A stretch of DNA of 64,000 bases from Camelus dromedarius (taxonomy: Eukaryota). Where the stretch lies: NCBI RefSeq assembly GCF_036321535.1, contig NC_087436.1:12028001-12092000 (forward strand), given 5' to 3'. Shown one piece after another: positions 1-13,613 of this stretch (the stretch's first letter is position 1; each line of letters begins with the position of its first letter). A program made the translations under genes and the position numbers. The notes below the pieces were generated by a model that did no database searches, had not been told where the DNA came from, and saw only the letters and a list, made by a program, of their open reading frames with translations.

Positions 1-655
1 AATGTGCAGGCTCAGGGTCAGTGGTTCCGCTGTACCAGCCACACATCTCCAAGGCCGACAATGAAAGGCCTTCCCACTAAGGCTTAGGGTGGGCCATGGC
101 TGATTGAGGAGGCAACACAGAGTAGATTGTGATTTATGGAGAAATGGTGGTTTATGTTAAAAAAAAAAATAAATTACAGGAGAAGGCAGCAGTTTTGCCA
201 TCTGTTTAGATGCTCACTTTGGCATTACTATAACTTTGAGGGAATAATGTTTAGTGTGACTCACCCACATACTTCTTTAGCGATTGTGTTTGAGATGCAG
301 GATACTTGGAAAGGGGGGCGCTGGTTATTCCCACGAGGACAGGCAGCAGGAGCGGGCGGTGGTTCACAGCCTCCAGCAGGCCCCTGGGCTCTTCTCTTTC
401 TCTGGGACCAGCTGCTTTTCAGATCCAGACATGAGCCGAGACCAACCCTTTCGGGTCAGAGATGACGGGAAGGAAGCAAGGGCCATCCTGTGATACCATC
501 TTGAACAAAATGAAAAAAGTTGGCTGTAGGACAAGACAAGCATGTTCAAAACATGGGTTAGTGGCCTGAGTCAGCTGTGGGTGGTCTCTTAACATGCACT
601 TCAAGGCCACCCAGAAGCCCACCTGAAAGTGTTAAAATGTATTTAGACGTTCAAG

Positions 656-684
656 TTTCCTTTTTTTGTTCTTTGTAGGTAAGT
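656..684 (+). other. Juxtaposed 3' and 5' splice-site motif (recursive-splice-site-like)
   Basis: tttcctttttttgttctttgtAG (AG at 677-678) is followed directly by GTAAGT (679-684). Motif only; no transcript evidence. Confidence 0.3.
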
Positions 685-2029
685 GGTCTGAAGGTCCTTG
701 GGCTTCTATTTTTTTATGTAACTGAAGATTAGTTACTAAAACGGAAGTGCATTTTTGATATGTGCTACCATTTGATGAGAATAAACCCAAACTAGCATGA
801 TGCTAAAGTTTGCTAAAGACTTTAATTCCATAACCTTAACAGAATTCCAGTGGTTTAACAATGTTATCAGTCTCTTCCTGTAAAGGAGAGCTAGTAAGTG
901 GTAAAAGTCACAACTTGAAAACACTTCTCACACTAGCAGAGGGCTACTTATAGCTCACTCAGCTGAATAAGAGGTTGGATCCCAGCACTGAGTTTCAAGC
1001 ACCTTTATAGCCTGGAGCAAGAGGTCAAATCTAAGACAAGGACATTTACTTAGGAGTAAAATTTGCAGAGCGTTAGCCATCATTTTTAAATACCAGCTGT
1101 AAAATGCAGAATTGGGTAGTCTCTGCTTTATAGTTGCTCCTGAGAAACCACATCAAAGTTTAGGAAGGACATCGATGAACTTGAGTTTGTACAGGGGAGG
1201 GTGGTGGTCGGGGAAACATGCACAGTTAAGAGAACCGGCAGGGTGCACTTCGTGCAGAAGGGATTTAGAGTAAACGAAATAGCTGTCAGAGGGATTCTTT
1301 ATTCCACAGAGCTGTGTGGCTTCATTTGCAGAAACCCAGAGATGAGATAAGTCAGGCAGCTCCATGAAAGAATCTTCGGCATCTCAGCTTCCTACTCTGA
1401 AAGAGGGTAAAATTGTGATCCTTGTGCCAGGCACAGTGAGGAAGCACTGAATTAGCATCTGAAATCCCTGAGGCAGGCAGGGGGTGCTGTGAAGTACTTC
1501 TCAGTTCTCTTTTGAATGAAGGACCACTTTTCCTAGCTGCTGGGACAGCGGCTGACAGACAGCTCTCAGCTCCTGGGAGGTTGTGGAAATGGCACATCTG
1601 GGATCAGGCACATGCAGGGCTGGGGGACACAAGAAAAGCGGCACAGGCAGGTAGCCCAAAACTCCGGGAGCCCCATGCCATCTACCATTGCTGCCCCAGT
1701 TTCTCTCCCTCCGCTCACTCCTATAGCTACCTTGCAGGGCAGGGGGTGGGGACTCACTTAACAGCAAAGGAAGTGAAGCAGAGGGCACATGACCATGAGA
1801 TTTAGTGATTGTATCCCATGCCACACCCCTAGAAGCCATCAGGCTGTCGGAATAACTAGACAACTTGTTGAAGGCACAGCTGAGGTACCACGTTGGTGCC
1901 CCACTAAAGGAATAATTCAGGATTCAGTACACACACTACCCAGTGATTGTTATACGGTGGTGTGTGCTCAGAGTATGGAATTCAGGCATAGTCCAAGTAA
2001 CTGATGTTTTTCATCTAACACGATGTCTC

Positions 2030-2690
2030 TACCTTCTCTTTGCATCTACTCTTGGGTCCTACGTAATCCATCACATAACAACTAGAGTGAATTTTTAACA
2101 ACAGAAATCAATCATGTTCTTTCTCTGTTGAAAAGTCTCCAAGGATTCCCATTGTCCTCTGGATAAACTTCAAGTTCACGGTCCCAGGCTACCCAGACCT
2201 TCACTCCTCCTCCCACTCTCGCTCTGCGCACTCTGGCCAGCTGCACTGGCTTCCCTCCTTCCTGAGCTCATTGAACTCTTTCCCGTATCAGGAGCTGGCT
2301 TCACCCGGTGGTCCCCTCTGCTTGGAATGTACTTTCTCTGGATCCTCACGTGACCAGCAGCTTCACTTCCTTCAGGCCCCTGGAAAGGTATCACTCACTC
2401 TATCGAAAATACCCCTACCCCAACCATCGTAACTTAATTAATTAGTTTGCTTTAATTTTTTTTCAATGTACATGAAACATTGTACGTGTAACAATTTCTC
2501 ATGTGACAGTTAAATAAGTATTGTTATTTAAGTATTAATTGCTATTTAGGTATTATATGTCTGAATCTCCACTCTGTAAGTTCCATGCGGATGAGTGTTC
2601 TTCCTCTCCTGTTCACTTTTACATCTGCAGCACCCAGAACGTGGCTGGGCATGTGCTAAGCGCTTAGTTTGGTGAGTTAATGAATGATGT
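2030..2690 (+). mobile_element. LINE-2 3' fragment
   Basis: L2-like motifs (ccctctgcttggaatgtactttc, ctgtaagttccatg, cagcacccagaacgtggctggg) and a terminal aatgaatga tail. Confidence 0.75.
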
Positions 2691-3189
2691 GGATGTTTAT
2701 TAAATGTTGACCACCTGATGGCTTCAGTGAATCAGTTGCCTTCTTTTGCAGTGGATTTGGTTTATTCCCCCCGCCCCCAAGAATAAACCAAGACTAGGAG
2801 CCATTCTTAAAGATATCGTGAATGAAAGATCATTATGTTCATCCAATTTTTAAAAAAAGTTGCTTTTTACGTGGCGAGCTTACACAGTCTATTGCTCTGA
2901 AAAAAAAGGCTGTTGAGCTCACTTTGGTAGGTCTGTTGGATATGCCTGGCCCAGATTTTAATTATAAACTTCCAAATGAGTCATTATTTCTTTGGGAACA
3001 TTTATCCTACCTGTTTCCACCACTTCCTCTGGGGAGTTGAATCTAAATTCAGATAAACCAAGAAGGGCAGAACTTGAATTTTGTTCTTATTATTAACTAA
3101 ATGTGTTCTTTTGAAGATCTCCTTTTATTTGAAACACATTAATTGCGACTTTTAAAATTAAAGTCGGCCCTTAATACATAGTTCAGTAT

Positions 3190-3197
3190 TGACGTCA
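3190..3197. promoter_or_regulatory. Palindromic CRE (TGACGTCA)
   Basis: Exact CREB/ATF consensus with an adjacent second CpG (TGACGTCACGT) in non-repetitive, CpG-poor DNA. Function not shown. Confidence 0.3.
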
Positions 3198-3710
3198 CGT
3201 CTCCTTCTCAATGGTACAAAGCACATTGTAAAATAAACCCCTGCTATTGTTCCAGTGAAGTTCATGAGCATCCTGGCCTAATGTTTCAAGGTAATCTTTT
3301 ATGTAACTATAGACACTGTCCTGCCATTTGGATGCAGGAGAACTTACTGATTAACATTTTATTTAAACAAAAGGATTTGATGAAATGTCCAGCTAATCAA
3401 CCTGAGAGTTCTTTTATTTTTGTTTTGTAAGAAGTCAGGACTACTTTATATTCAATTTAGATATCACATGACATTTCTCAGGAACATTCCGAATCAGAGA
3501 AAACTGCAAAAATAAAATTGGAAATTAGCCCGTAGTTCCCTCAGTCAGAGAGTTTTGGACATGGCGGGTGAGATGAAGTACTGTCTGTAGGGGACTGAAG
3601 TGACCTGGGCCAGATCACAGCATAGCTTCTCCGCACCCTTCCTCCCTCAGGGCAAGAGCTTCTCTCCGGCACAGGAGGACCTGGCGAAACCTCACCTCAA
3701 GACAGCCTAC

Positions 3711-4177
3711 TGTGGTGGGCAGAATAATGGCTCAGAAAGATGTCCATGCCCTGTCACTCTGAAGCTGTGGATATGTTAACTCACGCAGCGAAAGGTACTT
3801 CACTGATGAGATTAAGAAACCTTGAAGTGAGGAACTGGCCCTTGATTACCCAGGCAGACTCAGTGCAGTCATAAGGGTCCTGACAAGAAAGATGCAGGAA
3901 GAGTCAGAGTCAGAAGTAAGAGCGATGCTACAATACAAGCAGAGTCTGCAGTGATGTGACCAGGAGCCAAGGAGCACTGGCAGCCTGCAGGCGCTGGAAA
4001 AGGCAAGGAACATACTCTCCTCGGAAGCCTTCAGAAGTAACCGGCACTGCAGACGCCTTGATGTTGACCCCTTTAAGATTCATTTTGGACTTTAGACCTC
4101 CAAAGCTGTAAGAGAATATATTCTTGTTGTCTTAAGCCACTACATTTGTAGTAATGTAACAACAGGAAACTACCATA
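3711..4177 (+). mobile_element. MaLR solo LTR (MLT1D-like)
   Basis: Starts tgtggtgggcagaataatggc, has gctggaaaaggcaaggaa and gacctccaaagctgtaagagaat, ends ttaagccact...aggaaacta. Approximate 5-bp target site duplication (TSD) cctac/cctgc. Confidence 0.85.
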
Positions 4178-4849
4178 CCTGCATTATCTCAACCAAAGTG
4201 AGGGTGGGACATGTAATAGCCACCTGAAAATGGCTCTGCCTGTGTGGGTTGGTAGGAGAAGCTGTTGAGGTTAAAATGTCAGGTCTACAAAAAGGGATGA
4301 TGCTAATTACAAAGAGTTATTGAGTAACTAGCTTGCCACCGAAGAAACCATTGTAGGGGCAGGGGTTACTGCAGCACAAAGACACCATGATGGCCGGGAG
4401 CCCTACTTGTTAAGTATTTGCCTACAGCCCACCCTCTAGGTTTCGGCATAATAAAAATCTCTTCAGACCTTCAGAAATAAGGTTTTGAGGCAAGGTGATA
4501 AAGGTGAGTAGACATCCACTGTAGCACGTAAATTTACTTTAAGCCTAAACATACTCTATATGTTAATTATTTTCTTTATGCAAATCTAATCTGAGTCTAG
4601 TATAGTGATTCTTGAGGAAAAAGGTGTAATCCTAAAGATGGCAGAGTAAAATCTCAAGAAATGTGTGCATAATCTGAGCAAGGCCGCGTTAAAATTGCTG
4701 TTGTTTTCACATTTGTGACATTATTTTGTACTTTTGGAACTTTCAAATGAAGTTAAATGAGAACATGAGATTTAAGGTTGAGAAACACAGATTTAGAGCC
4801 ACTGAAACTTACTAGCTTATCCTGGGAAATTCTTCCCACATTTTTCCTA

Positions 4850-5005
4850 TTTGTATCACTGTGATAGCTTCTTATTGCATTGTACTGGTTTCTCAGTTAT
4901 GGCACTGAAAGCCCCATGATGGGGACCATGCCTTAGTCATCCATGTACCCCACAACTAGTTCAATGCTTACTGTGTAGTACGTGCTAGATACATGCTTAA
5001 TGGAT
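4850..5005 (+). mobile_element. LINE-2 3' end fragment
   Basis: aagccccatgatggggaccatgccttagtcatccatgtacccc...tagtacgtgctagatacatgcttaatg matches the L2 terminal pattern. Confidence 0.5.
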
Positions 5006-6079
5006 TTGAATCCCCATCCTGAAATTTTAAAGATTCTTTGCCTAATATTTTATAATTCCCAGAGTAGTTTTCACAATACTGATTCCAGCAAAAGCATTCA
5101 GTACTTCTGGTCAACTGCTTAACGAAATTTGGCTAAATTATAGTTACAGCTTTGTATCCTGTGTAGATTTTATCTTTTGATTATATGATTAATTCTCATC
5201 ATGTTTATTAAATTTTTTTCTGCAGTGCTAATTGAGGAGTATTTAGAAATATGTAAAGTACATATTTATAAAATTAATTTCTTATCTTGTTGGAGAGCTA
5301 GTTAGGGATCTGTTGTATTTTGTGTTTTGTAAATCATTAAATTAAAATGATAGTATTTGTTTCTTGGGTCTTTGACTTCTTTATTCTCTATTTTTTTCTT
5401 CCAGCTCATCCAAGTGGTAATTTTCTCTTATTAATTATGTTCTTGATTTATAAAGTATACTTTCCCATAATGCATGTATACCTCATATTACTTGTGAACT
5501 ATCATGTTAATTTGAAACCTAGATTCTTCCAGGCAGCATAAGCACTTACAACCTTATTAACATCTCTTAGAAAATATTATGCTGATGAGAAAACTTCAAT
5601 ATAATTCATCTTGAAACAGTAATTTTCTTTGAATTGCTAACTGATCCACCACCCACATCCTCAGTGCCCCAGTCCAGATAAGACAGAAGCCAGGAAGAGC
5701 TCTTTATCTCTTCTTTATATATCTAAAAACCTTCTGTGGTTTTGTCTAAAAATAGGTAACTTCGAGACGGTGCCATATAATGCTTTAAAAAGGGACTCCT
5801 TTTCTTATCAGCTGAGGAAGCATTTTCCAAATACTTATTATAGCTAATTATACCTGGAAATGCATTTACTTCTTAAGAGTATTAACTACCATGATCACAC
5901 AGAAGATTCTGTTGCTGTTGCTTTTGAGACACGTCAATTCTTCCTGAAGTTCATAGCACATAGCAGCAAAATAATTTTATCTCTTTTACTCATGAAATAA
6001 TTGCTGAGAGGGAAAAGACAATCCCACTAAAGGAAAACAAGTAATGAAAGAAAATTTTCAGTAATTGTGTCTATGATGC

Positions 6080-9000
6080 AGGGTAGAATAGGAAGTCTCC
6101 ACTCTTATTACCCCCTGCAGAAACAGCAATGAAACAATATTTAATAAAGGTATTTTATGAGAACTCCAGAATCCAGGCAAGAAGTTGCAACACCTGAGAT
6201 GAGAACAAAATCGAGAAAAGACACTTTGAAATGGTTAAGCAGAGCAGTTTCACTTACCCCATGTCAGCCCCTTCCCCAAGCCAGCACAGCTTAGTGCTGA
6301 GAGAGATCCACCCTGCCCCTGATTTCTTTATCAGGGGAAAGAGTGAGTAAAGCATGCATTAGATACCCCAAGCCTTTCAGAGTGCTGCCCAAGAGAACTG
6401 CTTCTGTCTTACCTCACTCAGAGCATAGTCAGAACTGTTGGGCAGCTAACAAAGAAAAGGGGCAGGGCTACTCAGCATCCTGCATGGTATTGAGAGAAGG
6501 TGCACAATATTGAGGCTTCAGAGAGAGATGTGGAACATGCATCCAACTTCTTGGCATTCCAGCACAAACCCCTAGGGAAAAGGGGCAGGCAGCTTTCAGC
6601 AGCCTGAGCTCCTCTACAGCACTGATTGAAGGTACACAATCCTGAGATTTTTTTCCCTCAAGAGAAAGGAAGAGAAGTAGAGTGTACATCCATCATCTGG
6701 GCATTTTGGTCCACTGCCCTATGGAAAAGGGGTGAGTGGCTCTTAGCAGCTGAAGCAGCTCTGTGGAGTAAGGAGAAGGATCACAACCCTTAATTCTCTC
6801 CTTCAGGAGGAAGGGACAGAAGTAGAGCTTGTACCCAACATCGCAGCATTTCAGTGCACTGTCCTAAGAAAAGAAGCTGTGTCACAATGGTCTGCATGGC
6901 TCTGTGAGATTGAGAGAAGGTATGCAAACCTGAAACCTCTCTCCCAGATGGGAGGAAAAGGAATGGAGTGTACATCTACAGAAAATGTTTGAGAGGCTCC
7001 CAGAGTCTTTAGCCAAGCTTATTAGTGAAGGTCTTTACCTGCTGAAACCAGCCCATGAAGACTGGAAGAGGTAGATGCTTCTTCCAAAGGGCAGACATAA
7101 GCGCAATGCTATAGAGGAGCATGATGAACCAGGTAACTGTGACACTATCAAAAGAACAAAAGAAACCTCCAGTAGCTCACCACAAAAAAACAGAGATCTA
7201 TGAATTGCCTGATGGAGAATTCAAAATAATTGTCTTAAAAAGAAGCTCAGTGAACTACAAAAGACACAGATAGACAAATAAACAAAATCAAGAAAACAAT
7301 ATATGAAAAGCATGAGACTATCAACAAACAAAAATCACATAAAAGTACCAAACATAAATTCTGGTGCTGAAGAAGGCAACTGCTTTGAAAAATTCGATAG
7401 AGAGCTTCAACATCAGACTCCATCACGCAGAAAAAAGAACCAATGGACTCAAAGATATGTCATTGGAAATTAACAAGTCAGAGGAGTAGAAGAACAAATG
7501 GAAAAGAGTAAAGAAAGCCTATGAGACTCATAGGACATAATCAAGCAAACTAATATACACATCATGGGGCCCTCAGAAGAAGTGAGAGGAAGAGTAAGAA
7601 AACTAATTTAAAGAAATGATGTTGAAAATCTCCCAAATCTGAGGGAGGAAAAGAACATCCAGATTCATGTAGCCAACAGGACCCAAACAGGAAGAACCTC
7701 AAGGAGTCTATACTGAGATACATTATAATCATATTGTCAAAAGTCACAGACAAAGAATTTTGAAAGCAGTAAGAGAAAAATGACTCATCATGTACAAAGG
7801 AACATGATTTCTCAGCAGTAACCTAGCAAGACAAAAGGAGTGGGATGATAATATATTCTATATACATTGTGTTGAAAGAATAAAAAAAAATACAGCCAAT
7901 CAAAAATACTGTACTCAGCAGAACTGTCCTTCAAAAATGAAGGCAAGATAGATTCCCAGACAAACAGAAGCTGAGAAAATATGTCACCACTAGACTTATT
8001 TTACAACAATGCCATAGTGAGTTCTTTAATCTGAAATGAAAGGATGAGAATTAGTAATATGAAAACCTATACAAGTATAATGGTAAATACATAAACAAAT
8101 ACAGAATACTGTAACACTATAATAATGGTGTGTAAACCATTTCTAATCTTAGTATAGAAGCTATAAAACAAAAATATTAAGAAAAACTATGACTAGAAAA
8201 TTTGCTAATGGATTCACAATATAAAAAGATGCACATTTTGTTACCCATAACATGAAGCATGTTGGGGGGAAGGTGAAAGTATACAGTTTTTTTATGTGAT
8301 TGCTGTTGAATTGTTATCAGTTTAAAATCAACTATTATAACTATTATTAGCAATAAGATGTTTTATGTAATACTCATGGTAATTGCCATATAAATGATAA
8401 AGAATATTGCTATAAAAATTAACAAAACAAAGGAGGACAAGTGAGGAAAAGAGGAACAAAAGAACTACAAAACAGACTGAAAACAACTCACAAAATATCA
8501 ATAGTAAATCTTTTCCAATCAATAATCACTTTAAACATAAATGAACTAAACTCTCCAATCAAAAAACATAGAGTGGGTGGATGGATAATAAAAGAAGACC
8601 AGATTATATTCTGTCTACAAGAGATTCTCTTTAGAATTAAGGATACAGGAGCTGAAAGTGAATGGATGGAAAATATATTCCATGCAAATGGTAACCAGAA
8701 AAGAGAAGGGGTAGCTGTATTTGTAAAAGACAAAATAGACCTTAAGTCAAACACTGTCACATGGGACAAGGAAGGATATTATATAATAATAAAAGATATA
8801 AAGTATATATAGATATATATATATATGTGTGTGTGTGTGTGAGTATATATCTTCCAATTCATCAGAAAGATACAACAGTTATGAATTATGTATGTATCCA
8901 ACATTAGAGCACATGAATATACGAAGCAAATATTAACAAAACTAAAAAAATTGAAAGGAGAAATAGACAGCAATACAATAATACTAGGTTACTTCAATAT

Positions 9001-12000
9001 CCCAGTTTCAACAATAGATAGAATATTCAGACAGAAAATAATCAGTATGGCCATAGCAGACTTGAACAACACTATAAACCAAATGCCTAACAGACATACA
9101 CAGAACATTCCACTCAACAGCATCAGATAACACATTTTCCCCAAGCACACATGGGACATTTCCAGGACATACATATGTCAGGTCACAAAACAACTCTTAA
9201 CAAATGTAGGAAGACAAAAATTATACCAAATATTTTTTCTGATTACAATGGTATGAAACTAAATAACAGAAGAAAAATTGTAAAATTCACAAATATGTGG
9301 AAGTTAAAAAACACACTCTAAACAACCAATGGACCCAAGAAGAAATCAAAAGGAAAATCAGAAAATATCTTGAAACAAATAAAAATAAAAACACAATAGA
9401 CCAAAACTTGTGGAATTTGGCAAAGGCAGTTCTAAGAAGGAAATTTACAGCAACAAATGCTTACATTAAAAAGAAGATAGATCTCAGATAAATGACCTAA
9501 ATTTATACCTCAAGGAACTAGAAAAAGAAGAACAAACTAAGCCCAAACTTATCATAAGGAAGGAAATAATAAACACAAGAGCAGACAAAAAACAAAGAGT
9601 AGGAAAATAATAGAAAAAAATCAACAAAACTAAGACTTGGTTTTTTGAAAAGATTAAAAAAATGGACAAACCTTCAGCTAGACTAAGAAAAAAAAGAGAA
9701 AACTCAAATTAATAAAATCAGAAATAAAACAGCTGACAGAACAACTGATGCACAGAAATAAAAGTGATCATAAGAGACTACTATGAACAATTATAACCAA
9801 AAAAATTGAATAACTTTGATGAAATGAGTAAATTCCTAAACATAAAATTTACTGTGACTGAATCATGAAGAAATAGAAAATCTGAAAAGACTGAGTAAGG
9901 AGATTGAGTCAGAAGTCAAAAACTCACAACAAAGAAAAACCCAGGACCAGATGGCTTCACTAGCAACTTCTACCAAATGTTTAAGGAAGAATTAATGCCA
10001 AGACTTCTCAAACTCTTCCAAAGAATTGAAGAGGAAGGGATACTTCAAACTCATTTTATGAGGCTAGCATTACTCTGATACCAATCAAGACAGAGACACT
10101 ACAGGAAAAAAAAATTACACTCCAGCATATCCCTGATCAATACAGATACGTTAAGTTCTCAACAAAACACTAGCAAACTGAATTCAACAGCAAATGCACC
10201 ATGATCAAGTGGGATAAATCCCTGGGGTGTAATATTTAACATATATAAATCAACATATATGATACATCAGAAAACAGAATGATGGGGAAAAATCAAATCA
10301 TCATCTCAATGGATGCAGAAAAAGCATTTGACAAAATTTGACATCCTTTCATGAAAAACATCTCAACAAATTAGGTATAGAAGGAATGTACTACAACATA
10401 ATAAAGGCCATATATTATAAGCCCATAGTTGACATCATACTCAAAGATGAAAAGCTGAAAGCTTTTTCTTTAAGATCAGGAATAAGATAAGGATACCCTC
10501 TCTTGCCACTTCTATTCAATATAATACCGGAAGCTCTAGCCAGAAAAATTAGGCAAGAAAAACAAATAAAAAGCATCCAAATCAGAAAAGAAAGGGTAAA
10601 ATTATTTCTGTTTGCAGATGACGTAATTTTATGTCTCCACAAAATACCCACCAACTGTTAGAATTAACAAGCAAATTCAGTAAAGTTGCAGAATACAAAT
10701 AATCAACATAGAAAAACCAGTTGTATTTCCATACACTGATAATAAATTATTCAAAAAAGAAATTTCTTAAGAAAACAACTTTATTTACAATGGCACCAAA
10801 AAGAAAAAGTCCTTAGGAATAAACTTAAACAAGGGACTAAAAGACTTGGACACTGAAAACTACAAAACACTGATGAAAGAAATGAAAGGAGACACAGCAA
10901 GTGGAAAGATATCCTGTGTACATGGATTGGAGGACTTAATATCATTAAAATTCCCATGCTACCCAAAAGTGATCTACAGATTCAAAGCAATCCCCATCAA
11001 ACTCCAAATGGCATTTTTTTAATAGAAATAGGAAAAACAATCCTAAAATTTACATTGAACCACAAAAACCCACCATCACCAAAACAACCTTGAGAAAGAA
11101 GAATGTGGGAGATTTCTGAATTCCTAATTTTGAAATATATTACAAAGGCACAGTAATTAAAACAGTATGGTACAGTTTCATGTTTATATACACATAGATC
11201 AACTGAATGGAATAGAGAGCCCAGAAATCAATCCATACATATACAGTCAACTGATCTTTGCCAAGGGTGCCAAGAATACACAGTGGGGAAAGGATAGTCT
11301 CTTCAACAAATTGTGTTAGAAAAACTGGATATTCCCATTGCAAAAGAATGAAATTAGATTTTTATCTTACACTTTACATAAAAATCAACTCAAAATGGAT
11401 TAAAGACTTGTATGTAAGATCTGAAACTGTAATGCTCCTAGAAGAAAACATAGGGGAAAATCTTGACATTGGTCTCAACAATCATTTCTTGGATGTGACA
11501 CCAAAAGCACAGGCAATGAAAGCAAAAATAGACAAGTGGGACTACATCAAGCTGAAAAGCTTATGTTGTAGCAAAGGAAACAATTAACAGCGTGAAAAGG
11601 CAACCGACAGCATGGGAGAAAATATTTGCATATCATATATCTGTTAAATTACATAGGGAAATCCTACAATTTAACAGCAAACCCCCCCCCAGATAACCTG
11701 ACTACAAAATGGGCCATAGACTTGAACAGACATTTCTTCATAGTAGACATACAAATGGCCAAAATGTATATGAAAAGATGCTCACTATCAATTCCCTAAT
11801 TTTTAGGGAAATTCAAATCAAAACTACAATGAGTTATTACCTCACACCTGTCAGGATGGCTATTATCATAAAAACAAAAGATAAGAAGAGCTGGCAAGGA
11901 TGTGGAGAAACTGGAGCCCTGCACACTCTTCCTTGAGCTGTAAAATAGTGCGGCAGCTGTGGAAACAGTGTGGAGGGTCCTCAAAAAAATGAAAATTAGA

Positions 12001-12718
12001 ACTACCCATATGATCTGGAGATCCTGCTTCTGGTATATATCCAAAAGAATTGAAATCAGGATCTTGAGCAGGCATCTTCACACTCATGTTTGTTGCAGCA
12101 TTATTTACAATAGCCAAGACATGGAAACAACCCAGCTGTCTACTGACTGATGAACAGGTAAAGAAAATGTGGTACAGACATACAAAAGAGTATTACTCGG
12201 TCTTAAAAAGAAGGAAATTCTGCCATTTGTGACAGGATGGATGAACGTACAGGACATTATGCTAAGTGAAATAAGCTAGTCACAGAACGGCAGTTACTTC
12301 ATAATTTCACTTATACGAGATATCTAAAGTAGTTGAATTTATAGTAGTAGAGAATATGATAGTAATCACCAGGGCTGCGGATGGAAGAGATGAGTTGTTC
12401 AAGGAGCATAAAATTTCACTTATGCTAGATGAATACATTCTCGAGATGCTGTACACACAGTGCTGAGAGCTAACAATACAGTATTGTGCACTTAAAAATG
12501 TGTTAAGAGGGAAGAACTCAAGTTAAGTGTTCTTACCACCATACAAAACAGAACAAAAAACAAAACACTGGGAAACTTTGGGAGATGTTTGGTATGCCTG
12601 TTATCTTGATTGTGGTGATACCCAGGGGTTTGCATATGTCCAAACTCATCAAACTGTGTACATTAAATATGAGCTGTTCTTTGTATGTCAATTATACCTC
12701 AGTAAAGATATTAAAAAA
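6080..12718 (+). mobile_element. Near full-length decayed LINE-1 (old L1MA/L1MB-like)
   Basis: 5'UTR about 6080-7100; ORF1 remnants about 7100-8050; endonuclease remnant (ORF 8441-8812, IITLNINELNSPIK..CLQE); RT motif FADD at 10611-10622; ORF2 C-terminal remnants (ORF 11258-11587); L1MB-type 3'UTR with A-rich end. Many stops and frameshifts. Confidence 0.95.
8797..8850. repeat. (TA)n(TG)n microsatellite inside the L1 endonuclease region
   Basis: tatatatagatatatatatatatgtgtgtgtgtgtgtgag read directly. Confidence 0.85.
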
Positions 12719-13591
12719 GAAATTCTGTCTAAAATAATGAAATATCTAATTGTGGAAATGTATTTAAAAGCAGCATGATGTTCCTTTAAATTTAATGCTG
12801 ACCACAAGGCTTTGTAATTTTCCTTTCAAAAACTGGATTTTCCCAGCATGACACCCAGTGCTGGCATCAGTAACAGACACTTGAAAACGCTCATGCCAAG
12901 GAGTTAACAGGAAATATCTTGGCAAATTCAGAGTCAAAAGGAAAGCACAAAATTGTCAGAACACATATCGTGTTTCTCAGAATTATCTGTATCATGTTGG
13001 AAGTTTTTATACGGAAGTGTGTGTTGACACTAATGATTAAGGCCAGGATTCCTACAATTGACAGGAAAATGACCTATAAATAATGACCTGTGATGGACTT
13101 GTCACACAGTCATTAAGTGAAATATTCTAGTACCAGTTTCCTCCCTTTGGTATCCCAGTTTCCGGCTTCTGTGAAGTACTTTTCCTTTGTAAAGATCACT
13201 CATTTTATCTGAGACCATCAAGTTTTCTTTGGGCTTTATCAAATGATGATTGCATTCTCTCTCTTAGTAGATAACAATATCAAATGGAGTTTCACAAGCC
13301 TTTTTGGAACACATTTTGCTTGCACAGAATTTTTCTCTGGAGAGCTTCTTATTTCTCTGTCTATTAAAAGCAAAAAATACAATGCTTGACATGTTGAAAG
13401 TTTAAATTTTTGAAAGTTTAAGATAAAAGTTAATATTATGAATCGTTCAGCAACCAGTTTGCCAATTATTTTATATGACACAAAAATCTATATTTTTTTC
13501 TAATAAATTAATAAAGCTCAGTATAACTTCTTGGGAAAAGGTATTCAGAAATGTGCAAATAAGTTCAATATTGGAATTCCATTATTTTACC

Positions 13592-13613
13592 GTGTGTGTG
13601 TGTGTGTGTGTGT
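13592..13613. repeat. (GT)n microsatellite
   Basis: About 11 perfect GT units. Confidence 0.95.

Noticed and set aside
736..895. Minus-strand acceptor gctctcctttacAG at 878 as exon 2 of the candidate gene (would add RKRLITLLNHWNSVK in phase)
   Set aside because: The phase fits, but there is no convincing downstream donor and the peptide is unrecognisable; acceptors of this quality are common by chance.
1925..1970. Hairpin cacacactacc...ggtggtgtgtg as a structured RNA
   Set aside because: The stem is only about 11 bp and made of CA/TG dinucleotides; probably chance or part of an old repeat I cannot name.
8441..12150. ORFs with endonuclease or RT-like residues as functional genes
   Set aside because: They are frameshifted, stop-interrupted fragments of one dead L1 ORF2.
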